Notes under the pieces: model-generated
What the model was told of the DNA's origin: nothing
Database searches by the model: none
What the model saw: the letters and a program-made list of their open reading frames with translations, nothing else
Position numbers and translations under genes: made by a program
From: a virus
Virus record (IMG/VR): IMGVR_UViG_3300045988_003822
Coordinates: 1 to 18,780 of that record
Reading direction: 5' to 3' (one strand)
DNA: 18,780 bases
Part shown: in pieces, positions 15,022 through 18,780 of the stretch
How positions within the stretch are numbered: the first letter of the stretch is position 1
Layout of the letters: each line of letters starts with the position of its first letter

Positions 15022-15969
15022 TTAGTGTCTTGCTGCGCTGGTCATCCATTCATCAAGTCGTGTCTCTACGTCTCCTGCGTCTGCTTTAGTCTCCCATTTG
15101 TGCGCCTTATCATTATACCATGTTGCCTCACGCACGACGACGCTGAAATTCGTGTTGTTTATCAGCCATCGTTTTTGTCGGTTTGACAAAGAGGCGAATT
15201 TTTGAGCTACGCTAGAGTTGAACGCTTCGAGCTGTTGCGCGGCCTTGTCAAAATCCGAAACACCTTCGTTTTCAGAAATCCGCCTAGTTCCCGCACGCAA
15301 CGGCGCACGTCCTACAAGTCCGGCGTATTGAAGCACCTCCCGTTCAAGCCTCCTACGGCTTCCCTCTCGAATCATCGCACGCGCATGGCTTATTCCACGC
15401 TCTGTACCGAACACGTTCGCACGGCTTCGCATGAGTTCGTCACGTGCTGACCCGCCGACCGTATGAGTGCCCAGCACATCGAACGGAGATTCACCTGCAC
15501 GTTCCATTTCACGCATTTCACCTACGGTATAACTAGCCATACTCAGCGCCTCGAATTGTTGAGCACGCTTGATTTTCTGCCGTGCCTCGACTCGGCGGCG
15601 CTGCTGCTGCCGCAATGTTTTCCGACGTTTCGACGGGGCGGCGGCGATTTCCGCGTCGCTTATTAGAGGACGTGACGCCATTTCACGGTCAAGTTTCGTG
15701 ACATGGACGTCGGGAACAACCTGATACGGCTCATTGTCCCGCGCCCTTAAGGCTTGCTGTTGTTCTCCAAACTCCTGCCCGATACGTCGCGCGACCTGTT
15801 CAAGCTGTTGGACACTGAGGTTCCCTAAAAACGTTTCGGTAATTTGCTTGGGGAGGCGTCCGGTACTGTAATCCCTAACTGCTCTCTCCCGGCGCACCTG
15901 TGCCGACCTGATTGCGGCGTTGCGTTTCAGATTGTTGGCGCGTCGGCTATTTTTTTTGCGTTTTGCCAC
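15022..15969 (-). CDS. Terminal protein candidate (priming protein)
   Basis: It lies immediately upstream of the protein-primed polymerase, like phi29 gene 3. It has a highly basic N-terminus (VAKRKKNSRRANNLKRN...), is helical and charged, and is 315 aa. I prefer GTG 15969, 6 nt after AGGAG. ATG 16047 would translate through a terminator hairpin and lacks an SD. There is no direct sequence match; the call is positional. Confidence 0.55.
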   Translation of the reverse strand: MAKRKKNSRRANNLKRNAAIRSAQVRRERAVRDYSTGRLPKQITETFLGNLSVQQLEQVARRIGQEFGEQQQALRARDNEPYQVVPDVHVTKLDREMASRPLISDAEIAAAPSKRRKTLRQQQRRRVEARQKIKRAQQFEALSMASYTVGEMREMERAGESPFDVLGTHTVGGSARDELMRSRANVFGTERGISHARAMIREGSRRRLEREVLQYAGLVGRAPLRAGTRRISENEGVSDFDKAAQQLEAFNSSVAQKFASLSNRQKRWLINNTNFSVVVREATWYNDKAHKWETKADAGDVETRLDEWMTSAARH

Positions 15970-15993
15970 ATCCCTCTCCTTGCGAGTATAAAA

Positions 15994-16031
15994 CACCCCT
16001 CGCCGCAAAAGATGGGAAACGGCGAGGGGTG
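15994..16031 (-). terminator. Intrinsic terminator/attenuator between the SSB gene and the terminal-protein gene
   Basis: On the - strand: a 12-bp GC-rich stem (cacccctcgccg / cggcgaggggtg), a 14-nt loop, then GUUUUAU, followed by the SD and GTG of the next gene. Confidence 0.65.
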
Positions 16032-16093
16032 AGTTTGGCGGCAACATCCCTATAGGGACATTGTCATGATATCATACGGTGCGGACAATCGTA

Positions 16094-16531
16094 TTACTTG
16101 CGCTTGTTTTCCGACACCAGTTCGAGGTCGAAGAACTTATAGCCACGGCGACTTTTCTTTTCTACCACCTTGAGAACAAGTGGCTGATTCCACGTGTCCG
16201 GCGTGCCGAAAATGGCGAACAGATTACCGAATGCGTGCGCAAGCGTGGGGGAGGCTGCGGCAAAATCGCCTTCCTCCGCGTGAATGACGACACGAGTGGA
16301 CGGATTGGTTTCACCAGTCTCCTGATTGGCAACTTCGATGGTCTGCGCCAGCACGTTGGTGACATGCAGTAGCTCATTGAGGTGGTCATCTACCTTATCG
16401 GCGGTTTGCATGGCACTGTACAGCGCCATCTTGCCGTCCATAGAAGAAGTATCGAAAAAGTGGGATACGGCGTTAGTGCCGTTCGCAGAAAAGTTGTTGC
16501 CGTTCATTACGGTCAGTTCGTTGTCAGCCAT
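16094..16531 (-). CDS. Phage single-stranded DNA-binding protein (lactococcal-phage SSB-like family)
   Basis: The pattern ...ALYSAMQTADKVDDHLNELLHVTNVL...ETGE...RVVIHAEEGDFAAAS...FGNLFAIFGTPDTWNQPLVLKVVEKKSRRGYKFFDLELV matches, from memory, the small phage SSB family of Gram-positive phages. It sits where phi29 gene 5 sits. The SD is AGGAAAGG. Confidence 0.5.
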   Translation of the reverse strand: MADNELTVMNGNNFSANGTNAVSHFFDTSSMDGKMALYSAMQTADKVDDHLNELLHVTNVLAQTIEVANQETGETNPSTRVVIHAEEGDFAAASPTLAHAFGNLFAIFGTPDTWNQPLVLKVVEKKSRRGYKFFDLELVSENKRK

Positions 16532-16558
16532 GAGTGTTGCCTTTCCTTATAGGGGTTA

Positions 16559-16873
16559 TTAATTATTTTCCTCGGCGATAATATCATCTTCAACCACGTT
16601 GCCGTTAACCGGCCCCGGATAGTCGATAATGGTATCATCCCCAAATTCGCAATTAGCCCAATAGATTGCCTCGTCCATGCGCGTCTCCTGCGCATGATAT
16701 TCGGCGGACATTGGTAGCATGTCCTTGTTGATCTTTCGGGCTTTTTTCATAGCCATGTCAGCTGTACGGCACGCGCCATTCACGACTACCTCAGTGTCAA
16801 CGAGTTCACCGTTTTCACCGCGCGTAATGCCGCGCACAATACTGTAATGCTTGGCTCTCTTAATGTATGCCAT
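16559..16873 (-). CDS. Small protein with acidic C-terminal tail; possible p6-like dsDNA-binding/origin-organising protein
   Basis: About 104 aa, in the phi29 gene 6 position upstream of the SSB. It shows loose by-eye similarity to p6 (NGELV...G.C.T.DMAMKKARK vs DGEVQ...GNLTMEQAQWRMKRK) and has an acidic tail, VVEDDIIAEENN. ATG 16873 has better SD spacing than ATG 16879. Confidence 0.3.
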   Translation of the reverse strand: MAYIKRAKHYSIVRGITRGENGELVDTEVVVNGACRTADMAMKKARKINKDMLPMSAEYHAQETRMDEAIYWANCEFGDDTIIDYPGPVNGNVVEDDIIAEENN

Positions 16874-16890
16874 AATCATACCGCCTTATC

Positions 16891-17421
16891 TTATTGTCGC
16901 TGCTGTTGTGACATTCTTGCAATGTCTTCATCAGTATACCGCATGTCAGTGAGATTGTCAAAACAACGACACGCGATTTTAACAACAGTCTGGGCAAATT
17001 CATTACCATCCCAGACCTTGCACATTTCATAGCATGTCGCACCCTTGACATGACAGACGGCACACCACGCCACCATGGCCGGAGCATAAATAACGCCGCC
17101 CAACATTTCAATATCCAGAGTTCGCCCCAACGCGCCGATACGAGATGTGGAGGGGGACAATGATAGGCAAACGTTTGCCGCATGTTCGATACCGTCTGCA
17201 AACGCCACTTGCGCCCCTTGAGGTTTATAAAAGTCCTTGAGCAGTGCTATACTACGGCATAATGTTTCCCAATCGCCCTCACCTCGATTATATTCACGCA
17301 AGTGCAACCCACGCCGCCGACCACGAATGACACGGCGCACACGGTCATCATCCAGCACGCCATCATCAAACCAGTTTGTACGTTTGTCATTTTCATCAAA
17401 AGTCAAATTCTTCGGCTTCAT
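16891..17421 (-). CDS. Hypothetical early protein (176 aa), Cys-rich C-terminal half
   Basis: A tightly packed ORF with GGAG 8 nt upstream. It contains WCAVCHVKGATCYEMC...IACRC, a possible metal-binding cluster. No family recognised. Confidence 0.6.
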   Translation of the reverse strand: MKPKNLTFDENDKRTNWFDDGVLDDDRVRRVIRGRRRGLHLREYNRGEGDWETLCRSIALLKDFYKPQGAQVAFADGIEHAANVCLSLSPSTSRIGALGRTLDIEMLGGVIYAPAMVAWCAVCHVKGATCYEMCKVWDGNEFAQTVVKIACRCFDNLTDMRYTDEDIARMSQQQRQ

Positions 17422-17423
17422 AA

Positions 17424-17627
17424 TTAAAACTCCAATGTATCCTCACTAAACCCGGCACCATACAACCACATGTTTAACCACACAGCCTTATCAGGGCACC
17501 GTTTCGGCGGATTATAAGCGCTACGCCTATGCCGTGCGCCAGCCCAAAAAGCGCGCAAACGCCAATACGCATCAGCGTCAGGACAATTGCCGCACGTCCG
17601 CGAATGAATCCAACCACGGAAATACAT
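17424..17627 (-). CDS. Hypothetical early protein (67 aa)
   Basis: It exactly fills the gap between its neighbours. The ATG lies 2 nt after the upstream TAG, with AGGGA upstream. It has a CGNC...C pattern. It is short, so the call is uncertain. Confidence 0.45.
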   Translation of the reverse strand: MYFRGWIHSRTCGNCPDADAYWRLRAFWAGARHRRSAYNPPKRCPDKAVWLNMWLYGAGFSEDTLEF

Positions 17628-17629
17628 AA

Positions 17630-17878
17630 CTAATCCCTATCCAAGAGAGGCGTACGGGCAATGTCGATAGCATCAAGCATAAGGTCAACCACTTGACTGC
17701 CGTCACCAGCGTCATACGCGCACAAGGCTGACGCGCCACACACGCCACCGGACGGCGTACGAAGCTGAACGGCATACCGAAGTTCATACCTGTGGCCATG
17801 AGGACAATACCACAGACGCACGCCACCGCCTACAAAAGGCGACGCAAACACGGCAACATTCATATCATTCCTACACAT
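17630..17878 (-). CDS. Hypothetical early protein (82 aa)
   Basis: ATG 17878 lies 1 nt after the stop of the 55-aa ORF, with GAAGGG 8 nt upstream. No motif recognised. Confidence 0.55.
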   Translation of the reverse strand: MCRNDMNVAVFASPFVGGGVRLWYCPHGHRYELRYAVQLRTPSGGVCGASALCAYDAGDGSQVVDLMLDAIDIARTPLLDRD

Positions 17879-17879
17879 T

Positions 17880-18047
17880 TCAAAAACCCTTCACTACAAA
17901 AACCAACACCACAATCACACTCGATGCAAGTATAGCCAAAAAACAGAAAACGTCACTCCTATCACGAGGTGTTTCGGAAAACGCAGCCGCACATGGTGCA
18001 ATAAGTAGAACCACAAACAATATGACAACAATACTCATATCAATCAT
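17880..18047 (-). CDS. Small two-TM membrane protein (55 aa), absent from the supplied ORF track
   Basis: My manual translation is MIDMSIVVILFVVLLIAPCAAAFSETPRDRSDVFCFLAILASSVIVVLVFVVKGF. ATG 18047 overlaps the upstream stop (TAATG). Its TGA is followed 1 nt later by the next ATG. There are two hydrophobic helices around a charged loop. Confidence 0.6.
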   Translation of the reverse strand: MIDMSIVVILFVVLLIAPCAAAFSETPRDRSDVFCFLAILASSVIVVLVFVVKGF

Positions 18048-18277
18048 TATACCAGCACCACCTTTACCACGCCAACCATGGTGCTATCCATGTCAAACGT
18101 AGCATTGTCAATATCCACATCCACGTCCACACCGACGTACATTTTTTTAACATAAGACAGCACGCCGTCCAATGAGGATTTCAAAGACGCCGTAAGAAAC
18201 ATGCCGCTAGGCTTCACGCAATCGGGTAGAATCTCAAACACCTGAAAACCAGCATTAGTAATAATAAAATACCACAC
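18047..18277 (-). CDS. Hypothetical early protein (76 aa)
   Basis: The GTG start at 18277 lies 6 nt after AGGAAGAGGG. No motif recognised. Confidence 0.55.
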   Translation of the reverse strand: MWYFIITNAGFQVFEILPDCVKPSGMFLTASLKSSLDGVLSYVKKMYVGVDVDVDIDNATFDMDSTMVGVVKVVLV

Positions 18278-18296
18278 AGTAAGCCCTCTTCCTAAA

Positions 18297-18542
18297 TCAC
18301 TTGTTAGTCAAGGCGTCAATTACCGCTTCAGCGATAGTGTCACCAGTTCCCAAAACAACAACAGGACGACAATATCTAACACAAACGGCATAATACACCT
18401 CAACCGCGTCCACCTCACGCCCATCTTCTGTAGTACAATAGTATGGAATCCCAACCCTTTTGTCGTAAGCGCGTGCCATCAATTCCCGCACCTCCTCGAC
18501 ACTAACGCCCGCTTCTTCTGCAATTTGCTTATAACTATTCAT
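18297..18542 (-). CDS. First right-end early protein (81 aa); N-terminus weakly HTH-like
   Basis: ATG 18542 uses the SD supplied by ITR-R. The N-terminal YKQIAEEAGVSVEEVRELMARA looks like a helix-turn-helix, but this is only a pattern impression. Confidence 0.6.
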   Translation of the reverse strand: MNSYKQIAEEAGVSVEEVRELMARAYDKRVGIPYYCTTEDGREVDAVEVYYAVCVRYCRPVVVLGTGDTIAEAVIDALTNK

Positions 18543-18780
18543 TATTTACCTCCCTATCGGCTGATAACTACATCATACCACACCACAAAAAACAACACAC
18601 CCAAAACACACAAAAAAAACGAAGACAAAACAAGGCAAAGAAATAAACACACACAGAGCGGAAACGAAAAACACAGAGAGCAACGGCAATACAAAAAAAC
18701 ACAAAGCAACAGCAATGCAGAACACAGGATAGAGCAGTTATGGAAAAAGGCTAGCTGCTGGGGCCCCTCCCCTCCTTTTT
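18542..18780. repeat. Right inverted terminal repeat (ITR-R)
   Basis: Reverse complement of 1-239, as described for ITR-L. The window ends ...CCCCTCCCCTCCTTTTT-3'. Confidence 0.95.
18572..18580 (-). promoter_or_regulatory. Mirror copy of the ITR extended -10 element, reading inward into the right early operon
   Basis: Identical sequence by ITR symmetry. It is followed by the same GGGAGG SD and then ATG 18542 of the first - strand gene. Confidence 0.35.

Noticed and set aside
15950-15957. An A8 run (T8 on the + strand) five codons into the terminal-protein gene, as a possible slippage or phase-variation site
   Set aside because: It simply encodes the Lys-rich basic N-terminus (KRKKN). No alternative-frame ORF of any length follows, and there is no evidence of heterogeneity from a single sequence.
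16047-16075. Palindromes as restriction sites or an origin of replication
   Set aside because: Protein-primed genomes initiate at their termini, and short palindromes of 10-12 bp are common. I kept them only as possible operators in the attenuator finding.

Overview
From first base to last, the window looks like a complete 18,780-bp linear phage genome of the phi29-like type (small podovirus, protein-primed replication). It is bounded by about 239-bp inverted terminal repeats (ITRs): 1-223 is exactly complementary to 18558-18780, and identity runs on to 239/18542 with one mismatch. Both ends start 5'-AAAAA. Two small genes read inward from the left ITR on the + strand (241-809). Everything else (855-18542) is on the - strand.

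Reading the - strand from the right end, the order is:
- six small early ORFans, one of them a 55-aa two-TM ORF missing from the supplied track
- a replication block ordered as in phi29: p6-like acidic-tailed protein, ssDNA-binding protein, terminal-protein candidate, family-B protein-primed DNA polymerase
- a 180-bp structured non-coding gap
- a late block syntenic with phi29 genes 7-16: acidic scaffold, major capsid with a C-terminal Ig-like domain, gp9-like tail knob, gp10-like portal, lower collar, three fibre/appendage proteins (one with an SGNH esterase domain), CHAP plus lysozyme-like tail lysin, gp16-like packaging ATPase, holin, amidase endolysin

A 26-bp perfect palindrome (819-844) separates the convergent units. 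I saw no tRNA, CRISPR array, integrase or transposase, so the genome looks strictly lytic. By eye, the GC-rich late genes, the mostly U-tract-less hairpins and the actinophage-style fibre N-termini suggest a high-GC Gram-positive host. That is inference only.

The observations most worth follow-up are:
- a polymerase whose three exonuclease motifs cannot be found at their expected places
- the structured 13366-13545 gap, a candidate packaging or regulatory RNA
- ITRs that carry the expression signals for two unrelated genes
- the SGNH-bearing fibre
- the unusual repeat module in the endolysin

All homology statements are by-eye comparisons with family motifs and remembered phi29 sequences, not database searches.
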